Assembly: GCA_031398005.1 (NCBI GenBank)
Contig: JANNMO010000013.1
Coordinates: forward strand, 29,953-93,952
Direction of reading: 5' to 3'
Source of the DNA: Ferruginibacter sp.
GTDB lineage: Bacteria > Bacteroidota > Bacteroidia > Chitinophagales > Chitinophagaceae
Length of the DNA stretch: 64,000 bases
In this document: positions 15,612-24,933 of the stretch, piece after piece
Layout of the letters: every line of letters begins with the position of its first letter
How positions within the stretch are numbered: position 1 is the first letter of the stretch
The notes under the pieces: model-generated
What the model saw: the letters and a program-made list of their open reading frames with translations, nothing else
What the model was told of the DNA's origin: nothing
The model's database searches: none
Made by a program: the position numbers and the translations under genes

Positions 15612-18362
15612 TTAATTCCCCTCTGGCTTCGTAATAATTTCTTTTACACTTTTACTATTCGTTTTTTCTTTTACAGGAGATACTACATCACCCTCTGCAT
15701 GTAAATTTTTATTTGACTCATTCAGCATAAATGTTTTGGGAGTAAATAATTTAAAGCTATTTCCATCACCTTCTGCATGTATATTTTTATAATCTGGTAC
15801 ATCATTCAATTTGGCTCGGTTGGATAGTCTCCTTAACTGATGTGGCGGAAAACCTGCACTTGTGCAGCCTTGCAGGTATGCTTCAAATTTTGTACCTGGC
15901 CATGCATGAAAGCCAGGGTTAAGCGTTATAATGCTTCCTGCATTGTAACCAACAGAAGTACCAATACCTCCCAAAATATTTTCAGTAGACGTTATGCTGG
16001 TAAATACTTCTGTGTATTGCAAGCCTGTTACATTACCAGCAAGCACGGCAGAACTAGAGCAGCCTGTATAAGTGTCAGCTTTAAAAACACCTCTACCAAA
16101 AGTAGCGGCATATATTTGAGGAGTAGCAACAGCACTGTTTATTTCTAAATCATACACTCTGGTAGTAGGTAAACCATTTGTGTACATTATCCAATTTACA
16201 CGATTATCATTGGTTACAAAAACACCAATATCTGTACCTACATAAATAGAGTTTGCAAGGTCATCATTCATTACAATACAATTGATGGGCACATTGGGTA
16301 AGTTGCGTACAATTGCTGTCCATGTGGGGCTGCCAAGGTTAGCATTAAAAGTTTCATATACTTTTTGCAAAGCGTTATACCCACCAACAGAAAGTACAAC
16401 ATGGCTCGAATTATTTGGATCTACTGCTAGCTCTGTTATATTTGATAATGCAGGTAAACTACCTGTAATAGAAGTAACACTCCACACGCCTCCGCTCAAA
16501 TTAAAACGTTTTACAGTACTGCCTTGAGTAGCATATAAAATAGTATTATCTGAGGGCGCAAATTCAAGTGATTCAATGGCATTTCCAAAACCTGTAGCAA
16601 TGCTGCTCCAAGCGCCGGTTCCTGATGTTGTGTTATAATCAATGTTTGTATAGCCAATGTAAATGTGTGTATCAAAGCCGGGACGTAATACAGCCGGAGT
16701 GGTCCAGTTTCCGGCGCCACTTCTAATGAATGTATTACTGGCTCCACCGTTATCACTTCTGTAAAAATCACCATTTTGGGTAGATAAATAAATCACATTT
16801 GTATTGCTTGGTTTTACCACGGTTTCCATTCCATCTCCACCACCAATGCTTAAATATTGGACGCCGCTGTTTCTGTACGTACCATTATCTTGTGTACCAA
16901 TTGTTACAAATGCTGCAGCAGCTGTGGGATCAATTCCGAGCCTGTAGGCTTGTGCTATTTGCATATTGTTATGCAAATTGGTCCAGGTGTTTGTGCTTCT
17001 TGTCATTCGGTACAATCCACCATCTGTAGCGGCGTATAAATAAGTAGCATCGCAATACATATCAAAAATATCTGCATGACTAAAATTAGTTGTTGAAGCA
17101 GATGTCCAGTCCGATGTAATTGTCCATGTACTTCCCGATGTAGAGCTTCTAAAAATATCTAAACCACCTACATATACATCTGCAGCATTTGTTGGTGATA
17201 CTGCTATACAGATATTTCGCCAGGCTTGCCCACCAAGTATGTTGGGTGTTGTGCTTCTTAAGGTAAATGTGCTACCGCTATTTGTACTAAGGTAAATTCC
17301 ATCAAAGGCAGTACCATCTCCATACAACAAATATACATAGGCACTGTTTGCAGCAGTTACCCCTATTTGGCATCTGCCACCTGTAGTTGGTAAACCTGCT
17401 GCTGCTCTATCAACTCTTAAAAATGTTATGCCTGCATCAGTACTTTTATAAAAATATGGGCCGTTGCTGGTAGCATATAATATGCTGGTACTTCCTGGTT
17501 GATAAACCAAATCATAAGCATTGGTAGAAAAATTTATTTGTGCTCCACCAACAGTAGTTGAATACGTTACTAAATTCCATGTAGTGCCACCATCTGTAGT
17601 CCGGTACATTCCATTATCTGTACATGCCCACACTATACTGGAGTTGACACTGCTTACCAATAATCGGTATCCTTTTACGCCCCCGCTTTCAGGAAAATTT
17701 AATCCTGTTAAAGCCCAAGTAGTGCCACCGTCAATAGATTTTATTACGCCTGTACTTCTATAGCCGGATGCGCTTCCAACGGCACCCGTTAAGGCATACA
17801 TAATACTTGTATTAGTTGGTGCTATTTCAATATCCTGTACGGCAAGGTTTGGAATACCATCCGTTTTTGCAGTCCAATTATAAGAACTGCCACCTGCAAA
17901 AAGCCCTTGCCACATTCCACCTCCTGGTGTACCGGCCCATATTGTACTGCCAATAAAGTCAATACTCCTTACACTGCCCGTTCCATTTTGTGGATCACCT
18001 GCAAGTATTGTTGGGTTTAATTGTCCTTGTGGCACCCAATTAGAAACGCCTGCAGTTGGCCCTAAAATTTGTCTGTTACTTGTTTTAAACTGGTCCAAGG
18101 CTTGCTGATTTTTAGTTACTGCATCAGGCAAAGTTCCATCTGGTTCAATATTATTTTTTGTAAGAAATTCCCAACGTTTAAATTCTTTATAACCTGTGCC
18201 TACAGTACCACGCTGCGCAAAGTATGCCTCAGCTTTTTGTTTAATTATAAAATAGTTATTGCTTGGGTCTCTCAAAATTGCATCAATATTTTGGGCATTT
18301 AATGTAATGGAAATGCCAGCAAAAAACATCGATACAACTATTCTTTTTATAGCTCGTTTCAT
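15612..18362 (-). CDS. Secreted BNR/Asp-box (sortilin-VPS10 / Ycf48-like) beta-propeller repeat protein
   Basis: Signal peptide from ATG 18362 (MKRAIKRIVVSMFFAGISITLNAQ). Many Asp-box-like motifs (SIDGGTTW, TTDGGTTW, STNSGSTF, SSTSGSTW, SDNGG). No recognisable T9SS CTD. C-terminus carries two N(I/L)HAEGD repeats. Confidence 0.65.
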   Translation of the reverse strand: MKRAIKRIVVSMFFAGISITLNAQNIDAILRDPSNNYFIIKQKAEAYFAQRGTVGTGYKEFKRWEFLTKNNIEPDGTLPDAVTKNQQALDQFKTSNRQILGPTAGVSNWVPQGQLNPTILAGDPQNGTGSVRSIDFIGSTIWAGTPGGGMWQGLFAGGSSYNWTAKTDGIPNLAVQDIEIAPTNTSIMYALTGAVGSASGYRSTGVIKSIDGGTTWALTGLNFPESGGVKGYRLLVSSVNSSIVWACTDNGMYRTTDGGTTWNLVTYSTTVGGAQINFSTNAYDLVYQPGSTSILYATSNGPYFYKSTDAGITFLRVDRAAAGLPTTGGRCQIGVTAANSAYVYLLYGDGTAFDGIYLSTNSGSTFTLRSTTPNILGGQAWRNICIAVSPTNAADVYVGGLDIFRSSTSGSTWTITSDWTSASTTNFSHADIFDMYCDATYLYAATDGGLYRMTRSTNTWTNLHNNMQIAQAYRLGIDPTAAAAFVTIGTQDNGTYRNSGVQYLSIGGGDGMETVVKPSNTNVIYLSTQNGDFYRSDNGGASNTFIRSGAGNWTTPAVLRPGFDTHIYIGYTNIDYNTTSGTGAWSSIATGFGNAIESLEFAPSDNTILYATQGSTVKRFNLSGGVWSVTSITGSLPALSNITELAVDPNNSSHVVLSVGGYNALQKVYETFNANLGSPTWTAIVRNLPNVPINCIVMNDDLANSIYVGTDIGVFVTNDNRVNWIMYTNGLPTTRVYDLEINSAVATPQIYAATFGRGVFKADTYTGCSSSAVLAGNVTGLQYTEVFTSITSTENILGGIGTSVGYNAGSIITLNPGFHAWPGTKFEAYLQGCTSAGFPPHQLRRLSNRAKLNDVPDYKNIHAEGDGNSFKLFTPKTFMLNESNKNLHAEGDVVSPVKEKTNSKSVKEIITKPEGN

Positions 18363-18389
18363 AACAGTTGATTTTAATAAAATGAACAA

Positions 18390-19673
18390 TTAGCGATTCA
18401 CATTTTTAGCGTTCACTTTTGTTTCTAACTTGCGCATTTTTTCTGCAAGCGCATTATTCTTTTTATCTAAATCAATGATGTATAAAGTAAGTTCTTCCAC
18501 TTTTTCCATTAAACGTTTGTTCATATCGCCTAATGTTATTCCTTCTTTTTTCACTTCAGCAGCCGCAGGAATATTAGGTAGGTGTTTATTTTTTTTGATG
18601 GATTTTTCCAGTTCTTTTAACGGCATCAATTTATAATCTTTATTAAAAACATAGTCGGGCCAGCTTGTGCTTAGCTGTACCAATACTTCTTCTGCAACCA
18701 ATTTACCATCCACACTAAGTGAATAACCAGGTTTTATATTTGCTGCAGTACCGCCAATAAGCATAGTACCATTTACATGTAGTTTCGCATTGGGACTGTA
18801 AGTACCGATACCGGCATTGCCCCAGCTTGGCTGCATAACTAAGTAATTACTTGCGCCGCTATTGGACCATATTACCAACGATGTATCTGTAGGAAAAATA
18901 GCTCCACCAAAAGCTGCTTCATTGGAGGTGTAAAAATTTTGTCCTGTACCACCAAGGTTTAATGTTCGCCCAAAGCTTGTTCCATTATATCCAATACCCA
19001 TTCTACCATCATCTCTTACCCTAACCAAAGTATCCAATATACTATTTCTTAACATAAATGTATTTGTGGAGGAGGTCGTTCCTGCCCCAATAACATCTAA
19101 TCGTCCTTGAGGTACACCAGGGCCACTGAAACCTCCTACCCCCATATTTCCATTTTGGCTAAAATAATGTCGTGGAGTAATTGTAGTACCTCCATCTGTA
19201 GTCGTGTACCAGCGTAAATCTGCTCCACCGCCTGTAGTAGCCATCTGCCATTCATTAGCACCATCATACCCAAAACGTATAAGTCCCGAGCTGGATTGCA
19301 CAAATAAATCTCCCCCGTTTATGTGTAATTTATGATTAGGATTGATGGTACCGATACCAATATTACCTAAGTTGTTTATCGTCATTCTTGGATTAGCCTG
19401 TATCGTAAAATGTAGCTTTCCTAAAGTGTTGCCTGAGCCTGTTCCAAAGTCAACATCTTCGGCTGCACCTGCGTAAGAGCCCCAATATCCCCTGTAAATA
19501 TCATTTTCAAATATCCCCATATACATTGGTGCGGCACCATTAAATTGACTCACATAACTACTGATAGTTTTTACATCTAATTTAGCTGCAGGCGTAGTTG
19601 TACCAATTCCTACATTTTGTGCATGTAAGTTTAAAGCACATAGGATACCCAACATGAATAGTAATCTTTTCAT
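18390..19673 (-). CDS. Tail-fibre-like repeat protein with conserved C-terminal WPDYVF...HLP...EELTLY domain
   Basis: Signal peptide. Repeated GIGT..P...L(H/D)V motifs (VGIGTTTPAAKLDV, IGIGTINPNHKLHING, AGIGTYSPNAKLHVNG). C-terminal SWPDYVFNKDYKLMPLKELEKSIKKNKHLPNIP...VEELTLYIIDL followed by a coiled coil. Confidence 0.6.
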   Translation of the reverse strand: MKRLLFMLGILCALNLHAQNVGIGTTTPAAKLDVKTISSYVSQFNGAAPMYMGIFENDIYRGYWGSYAGAAEDVDFGTGSGNTLGKLHFTIQANPRMTINNLGNIGIGTINPNHKLHINGGDLFVQSSSGLIRFGYDGANEWQMATTGGGADLRWYTTTDGGTTITPRHYFSQNGNMGVGGFSGPGVPQGRLDVIGAGTTSSTNTFMLRNSILDTLVRVRDDGRMGIGYNGTSFGRTLNLGGTGQNFYTSNEAAFGGAIFPTDTSLVIWSNSGASNYLVMQPSWGNAGIGTYSPNAKLHVNGTMLIGGTAANIKPGYSLSVDGKLVAEEVLVQLSTSWPDYVFNKDYKLMPLKELEKSIKKNKHLPNIPAAAEVKKEGITLGDMNKRLMEKVEELTLYIIDLDKKNNALAEKMRKLETKVNAKNVNR

Positions 19674-19853
19674 TTTTGTTTTTTTTAATTTGAAAAAGTA
19701 GAACGTTTTCTAGGGTGGGGACCGAGAATTAAAGAAATTTAAAATTATAGTAATGTGTTTGTATGAAAAATAACACATTCGGGGTATATTTTAAAAACAT
19801 GCATATCAAATAAAATGATCAACACATCAGATAATCTTTAATAATTTGCAGCT

Positions 19854-20861
19854 ATGCAAATGGAAGAAAACTACTCACTTCAAAAATTAAATAGTTTTGG
19901 TATAAATGTGCTTGCAAAAAAATATGCGTCTTTTTCGCATACGCAGAATTTGGGTGAAGTCCTTGAAAAAAATAATGATTCTCTTTTAATACTTGGTGGA
20001 GGTAGCAATACATTGTTTACAAAAAATTTTGACGGCCTCGTTTTAAAAAATGAAATAACAGGTATTGAAATAATAAAAGAAGATGAAAATAATGTGTATG
20101 TAAAGGCAGGGGCAGGAGAGGGCTGGCACCGGTTTGTGTTGTATTGTATTGAAAATAATTTAGCAGGGGTAGAAAATTTATCGCTCATCCCCGGAAGCGT
20201 AGGAGCATCTCCTATGCAAAATATTGGTGCATATGGAGTAGAAATAAAAGATGTTTTTCATGAACTGGAATCGTACCATATTCAAGATAAAAAAACGAAA
20301 ATATTTTCCAAAAGCGAATGTGACTTTGGTTATAGAGAAAGTGTTTTTAAAAACAAATACAAAGGAGAATTTATCATTACTTCTGTTACATTTAAATTGA
20401 ATAAGGTACCAAATTTTAATACCAGCTATGGTGCAATAGGAACTGAATTGGAACAAATGGGTATTCATTCCCTTTCTATAAAAGCTATATCAGATGCGGT
20501 TATCCGAATAAGGCAAAGTAAATTGCCCGATCCAAAAATAATAGGCAATGCCGGAAGTTTTTTTAAAAACCCTACAATTACAAAGGAACAATTTATTGAG
20601 CTGAAAAAAGAATTCCCGGCAATAATTGGTTATCCTTTGGCCAATGATGAAACCAAACTTGCCGCAGGTTGGTTAATAGAAAAATGTGGCTGGAAAGGTT
20701 TTAGAAAAGGCGATGCAGGCTGCCACGAAAAACAAGCACTAGTATTGGTAAATTATGGAAATGCCACCGGCAATGAAATACTACACCTTAGCGAAAAAAT
20801 TATTGACTCCGTAAAATTAATGTTTGATGTAAACCTTCACCGAGAGGTAAATATTGTTTAG
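19854..20861 (+). CDS. murB: UDP-N-acetylenolpyruvoylglucosamine reductase
   Basis: 335 aa; FAD-binding LILGGGSNTLF, GAGEGWHRFV, AGWLIEKCGWKGFR and LVLVNYGNATG blocks typical of MurB. Confidence 0.9.
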   Translation: MQMEENYSLQKLNSFGINVLAKKYASFSHTQNLGEVLEKNNDSLLILGGGSNTLFTKNFDGLVLKNEITGIEIIKEDENNVYVKAGAGEGWHRFVLYCIENNLAGVENLSLIPGSVGASPMQNIGAYGVEIKDVFHELESYHIQDKKTKIFSKSECDFGYRESVFKNKYKGEFIITSVTFKLNKVPNFNTSYGAIGTELEQMGIHSLSIKAISDAVIRIRQSKLPDPKIIGNAGSFFKNPTITKEQFIELKKEFPAIIGYPLANDETKLAAGWLIEKCGWKGFRKGDAGCHEKQALVLVNYGNATGNEILHLSEKIIDSVKLMFDVNLHREVNIV

Positions 20862-20987
20862 TTTTCCTAAAATAAAAATGAGCGAAAAGCAAAATGGATA
20901 ATTTCACTCTTCGCCCAAAATTATTACTTTTTTTACCAGCTTATTCTCTTCATTCTTTCATCATACTTGTAATGGTACTTCTCCTTT

Positions 20988-21150
20988 CTTCTCTTTCGCT
21001 CCTTTGATCTCCCAGTCTCTTTTATCTCCTTATCTCCTTTCTTCTCTTTCTCTCCTTTGTCCTCCTAGCCTTCTTTTCTCTCCTTTAATCTCCTTTAAAC
21101 TCCTAGCTCTCCTTCACTTCTTTTTCTCCTTTAATATCCTTTATTTCCCC
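20988..21150. repeat. Polypyrimidine (CT) tract with nine CTCCTT words (AAGGAG on the minus strand)
   Basis: Read directly: nine CTCCTT between 20991 and 21132, with almost no purines on the + strand. Begins right after the ATPase stop (21151) on the minus strand. Confidence 0.85.
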
Positions 21151-22677
21151 TTAATTAAAATCATCCTCATTAAAATCCTCCTCCGTAAAATGTTCACTAC
21201 TTCCCAAATTCAGCATACTACCCATCAAATCTTTAAATTCAATTTTCCCATCAATAACTTTTTTACTTATTAATGAATGAGCTGCCAAACCATGCAATAC
21301 TAACTCCATTAATAATGCAGTTTCTTTTTCATTATGGTTGCTGTAATGTTTTTTTACCAGCGCATGCAAGCCACTTACTTTATATAATTTTTGAACTTTA
21401 TCATCATCTTTGGTTTCTAAAAATAAATTGAGTGCATTCCCTCCGTCAAACCAAGCCAATATTGCTTTGTATGGATTTTCGGGTGCTCCTTCTTTTCCTC
21501 TTTTTTTCTTGAGTGTATCCGGGTCAGGAAAATATTGTTTGAATTGTGTACGAATAGATTTCTCCAGCAAATTAAAAGAAACCTGAAACGGCCCTTCCTG
21601 TTCACCTTCATACACCAATTCTATTTTACCGGTTATAGAAGGAATTATTCCGGTAAGATCGCTCAGCCAAACTTGCGTTTTTTCTTCATCGTTTATGATG
21701 GCTCTTCGCTCAGCAGCACTCACTGCATTTTCATAAGCAGCTATGGTAAGTCTAGCACTTACACCGCTTTTCTTATCTACAAATTCGCTTTCCCTTGCTT
21801 CAAATGCAACCTGTTCTATCAATCTTTTTATTAAATCGCTTACCTCCACTTTTTGTTTTTGTGCATCATTTATGGCCGCTTCCTGTTCGGTAATTTGTAA
21901 AGCTGTCTCCAGTGTTTTTGGATAATGCGTTAATATCTGGCTCTCAATTCTATCTTTCAGCGGGGTTACAATACTTCCTCTGTTTGTATAATCTTCGGGG
22001 TTTGCGGTAAATACAAACAATACATCTAGTGGCAAGCGAAGTTTAAAACCACGTATCTGCAAATCGCCTTCTTCTAAAATATTAAATAAGGAAACCTGAA
22101 TACGTGCTTGCAAATCTGGCAATTCATTTATTACGAATATGCAGCGGTTACTTCTTGGTATTATTCCATAATGCAACACTCTTTCATCTGCAAAATTCAG
22201 TTTTAAATTTGCTGCCTTTATGGGATCAATATCACCAATTAAATCTGCTACGCTCACATCTGGCGTGGCTAGTTTTTCTCCATAACGTTTGCTTCTGTGC
22301 AACCACTCAATAGGTGTTTCATCTCCATGTTCTGCAATCAAATCAACTGCATATCTGGAGATTGGCTTTAACGGATCATCATTAATTTCACTCCCCGCAA
22401 CAATAGGAATGTACTCATCCAGCAGTTCCACCATTTGCCTTGCCATACGGGTTTTTGCTTGTCCACGCAAACCGAGGAAAAGCATATTGTGCCTGCTTAG
22501 CAATGCTCTTTCAGTATCTGGTATTACGGTATCTTCATAACCTAATATACCTGGAAATGGATTTTCTTTTGCTTTAATTTTAATGATGAGGTTTTCTCTT
22601 ATTTCATCTTTAATGGATTTGGAAATATATCCGCTGCTTTTTAATGCTCCAAGGGTTGTTGGTTTTTTATCAATCAT
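21151..22677 (-). CDS. AAA+ ATPase, Mg-chelatase ChlI-like / sigma-54-interaction-domain family
   Basis: 508 aa. Walker A GLRGQAKTR, Walker B CIFVINELPD, LFVFTANPEDYTNRGSIVTPLKDR (sensor/arginine-finger region), long helical C-terminal extension. Confidence 0.7.
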   Translation of the reverse strand: MIDKKPTTLGALKSSGYISKSIKDEIRENLIIKIKAKENPFPGILGYEDTVIPDTERALLSRHNMLFLGLRGQAKTRMARQMVELLDEYIPIVAGSEINDDPLKPISRYAVDLIAEHGDETPIEWLHRSKRYGEKLATPDVSVADLIGDIDPIKAANLKLNFADERVLHYGIIPRSNRCIFVINELPDLQARIQVSLFNILEEGDLQIRGFKLRLPLDVLFVFTANPEDYTNRGSIVTPLKDRIESQILTHYPKTLETALQITEQEAAINDAQKQKVEVSDLIKRLIEQVAFEARESEFVDKKSGVSARLTIAAYENAVSAAERRAIINDEEKTQVWLSDLTGIIPSITGKIELVYEGEQEGPFQVSFNLLEKSIRTQFKQYFPDPDTLKKKRGKEGAPENPYKAILAWFDGGNALNLFLETKDDDKVQKLYKVSGLHALVKKHYSNHNEKETALLMELVLHGLAAHSLISKKVIDGKIEFKDLMGSMLNLGSSEHFTEEDFNEDDFN

Positions 22678-22838
22678 ATTTTTATTTTCTAAATTTTTCT
22701 TATTTTTTTATTTTCTGCAAATTAGCCCTGAATTATTTTTGCCGAGAAGTCGGTAAGTCGTTTTTAAAAATTAAGTCGGTAAGTTTTTTGTCGATAAATC
22801 GACAAAGATTAAACAAACTTTTTTTAAATTTCTTGAAA

Positions 22839-23231
22839 TTATTCTCTGCAATATCTTCTAATACCATTTTTCATAATGGCAACATTAAAGTTTAAAATAA
22901 ATCCAACATGTAATTTTGTAAGTTTAAGATGACTAAGTAATTGAGCCAGCCAAATAGGGTTTACATTATCTACTGCTTTAAATTCACAAATGATTAAATC
23001 ATCTACCAATACATCCAATTTTAATCCTTCATCAAAAATAAGATTGTCATAAGTTATGCCCAATATCTGTTGTCTTTTATAAGGAATATTCCGTTTGCTA
23101 AGTTCATGACAAAAGCATGCTTCATAAATCTTTTCTAACAAACCCGGCCCGAGGGCTATATGAACTTTATAAGCACAGTCAACAATAATTTTACAAAGTT
23201 CTTCTTCCCTTTGGGTTAAAACGTAAGCCAT
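22839..23231 (-). CDS. GxxExxY protein (PD-(D/E)XK nuclease-fold family)
   Basis: 130 aa. Literal motif GLLEKIY, then D...E.K core (LDVLVDDLIICEFKAV). Confidence 0.8.
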   Translation of the reverse strand: MAYVLTQREEELCKIIVDCAYKVHIALGPGLLEKIYEACFCHELSKRNIPYKRQQILGITYDNLIFDEGLKLDVLVDDLIICEFKAVDNVNPIWLAQLLSHLKLTKLHVGFILNFNVAIMKNGIRRYCRE

Positions 23232-23300
23232 TTATTTTTTCTTTATTAAATAATATCTTCCAAAATGCAAAGTATATCTGATGTCTCCCCCCTTTTTTTT

Positions 23301-23512
23301 TAAACGCCTTCCCGTCTTTCCGTCAAAAATAATACACGCAGAGTGTGAAAAATTTTTGCGAAGCAAATCAAACCCCCGTCTTACTTTTTCTGAAACGTCT
23401 TCCCTTCTTTCCGGCAAAATAACATTTGCGCAGCAAATCAACCCCCGTCTTACTTTTTCTTAAACGCCTTCCCGTCTTTCAGGCAAAAAAAACATTTGCG
23501 CAGCAAATAATC
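23301..23512. repeat. Tandem repeat, about 2.7 units of 69-90 bp
   Basis: Units start at 23301, 23391 and 23460. Shared words AAACGCCTTCCCGTCTTTC...CATTTGCGCAGCAAATCAACCCCCGTCTTACTTTTTCT. Unit 1 carries an extra ~21 nt. The last unit runs into the VWA stop codon. Confidence 0.85.
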
Positions 23513-24608
23513 AATAAACCGTTTTCCTCTTCCCACTCTCAAAGTCCCTAAAAATAAACGCCCCCAACTTATCCAATGATGCAAAGAAAGCCTTGCCATT
23601 ATTTGTCTCCGTAAACTCGGCTACAAATTTTTGTAAATATGGATCGCTGGCAATCATAAAAGTGGTGATAGGTATTTTAGCTTTCTTACATTGAGTAGCC
23701 AAAGCCATGCAACGAGTCAATATTTTTCTATCTACCCCAAAACTGTTTTTATAATATTGCTTTCCTATTTTTAAACAGGTAGGCTTGCCATCTGTTATCA
23801 TAAAAATTTGTTTGTTTGGGTTGCGCCTCCGGCGAAGAATATCCATTGCAAGCTCAAGCCCTGCCACTGTATTGGTGTGATAAGGTCCTACCTGCAGATA
23901 AGGCAAATCTTTCACTTCAATAGGCCATGCATCGTTACCAAACACCACAATATCCAACGTATCTTTTGGGTATTTGGTTTTTATTAATTCTGCCAATGCC
24001 ATGGCTACTTTTTTTGCAGGCGTTATTCTGTCTTCTCCATATAAAATCATTGAGTGAGAAATATCAATCATTAATACAGTAGATGTTTGCGATTTAAAAT
24101 CTGTTTCTCTTATTTCCAAATCATCTTCCTGCATTCTAAAACTATCTATGCCATGGTTTATTTGTGCATTGCGTATGCTGGAGGTAAAATCTATTTGCTC
24201 CATGCTGTCCCCAAATTGGAAGGGCCTTGTTTCCGGACTAATTTCATCTCCACCACCGGGTTTAAAAGTTTGGTGATTGCCAGATTTTGATTTTTTCAGT
24301 TTCCCAAAAATTTCTTCTAAACTGCTTTTACGAATGGTCTGTTCTGTTTTTGCCGTAATCTTTATTTCTCCGGTTTGGTTATTTTCATCAATGTATCCTT
24401 TGGTTTTTAAGTCTTCCAAAAAATCACCCATGCCGTAGTTGTTATTGGTAAGTTTATGTTCTTTATCCAATTCATTCATCCATTGCATGGCTTCGCCAAA
24501 ATCTCCACTGGTGTAAGTAAGCAATTGTGTAAAAAGGTTTAATAATTTATCAAAATCACTTTTTTCATTGTCTGCCGCATTATATTTTGAAAAATTAAAA
24601 CCTATCAT
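23511..24608 (-). CDS. VWA domain-containing protein (partner of the ChlI-like ATPase)
   Basis: MIDAS-type DISHSM (DxSxS), downstream TNT and ITDG blocks. Start placed at ATG 24608 (MIGFNFSKY); the track ORF extends to 24665. Confidence 0.75.
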   Translation of the reverse strand: MIGFNFSKYNAADNEKSDFDKLLNLFTQLLTYTSGDFGEAMQWMNELDKEHKLTNNNYGMGDFLEDLKTKGYIDENNQTGEIKITAKTEQTIRKSSLEEIFGKLKKSKSGNHQTFKPGGGDEISPETRPFQFGDSMEQIDFTSSIRNAQINHGIDSFRMQEDDLEIRETDFKSQTSTVLMIDISHSMILYGEDRITPAKKVAMALAELIKTKYPKDTLDIVVFGNDAWPIEVKDLPYLQVGPYHTNTVAGLELAMDILRRRRNPNKQIFMITDGKPTCLKIGKQYYKNSFGVDRKILTRCMALATQCKKAKIPITTFMIASDPYLQKFVAEFTETNNGKAFFASLDKLGAFIFRDFESGKRKTVY

Positions 24609-24933
24609 AGAAAAAAAATTAAAAAAAGTAAATGTATCTTTTAAGAGAATTACCTTATTAGTCAATTATGTTGCCATAAAGTTACTACTGCCATTTTTGC
24701 TATCGTATCGTTTTACGGAATACAAATGTTACTTTACAAAAAATGATTATACTACTCGTTTATATTCAATGAAATACTAAACATTTATTAATATATTACT
24801 ACATCTAAAATCCCGTATTTTAAGTATATTTGATTTGTATTGTATCTATTTATATAGAGGAGTACACTTTTTTTTACATTTTTTACGTTTATATACATTG
24901 TAACAGGTTTTTACAATTACTAATATTGCTAAT

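Noticed and set aside
21004-21273. 89-aa + strand ORF rich in L/S/P/F
   Set aside because: It is a translation artefact of the polypyrimidine tract, and its 3' part is antisense to the ATPase C-terminus.
23232-23463. Two ORFs (69 aa minus, 60 aa plus) between the GxxExxY and VWA genes
   Set aside because: Both are generated by the tandem repeat units. They are open on both strands and internally repetitive, so they are not credible genes.
23301-23512. Possible CRISPR array
   Set aside because: The units are contiguous, 69-90 bp long and degenerate. There are no unique spacers between short conserved repeats and no cas genes in the window.
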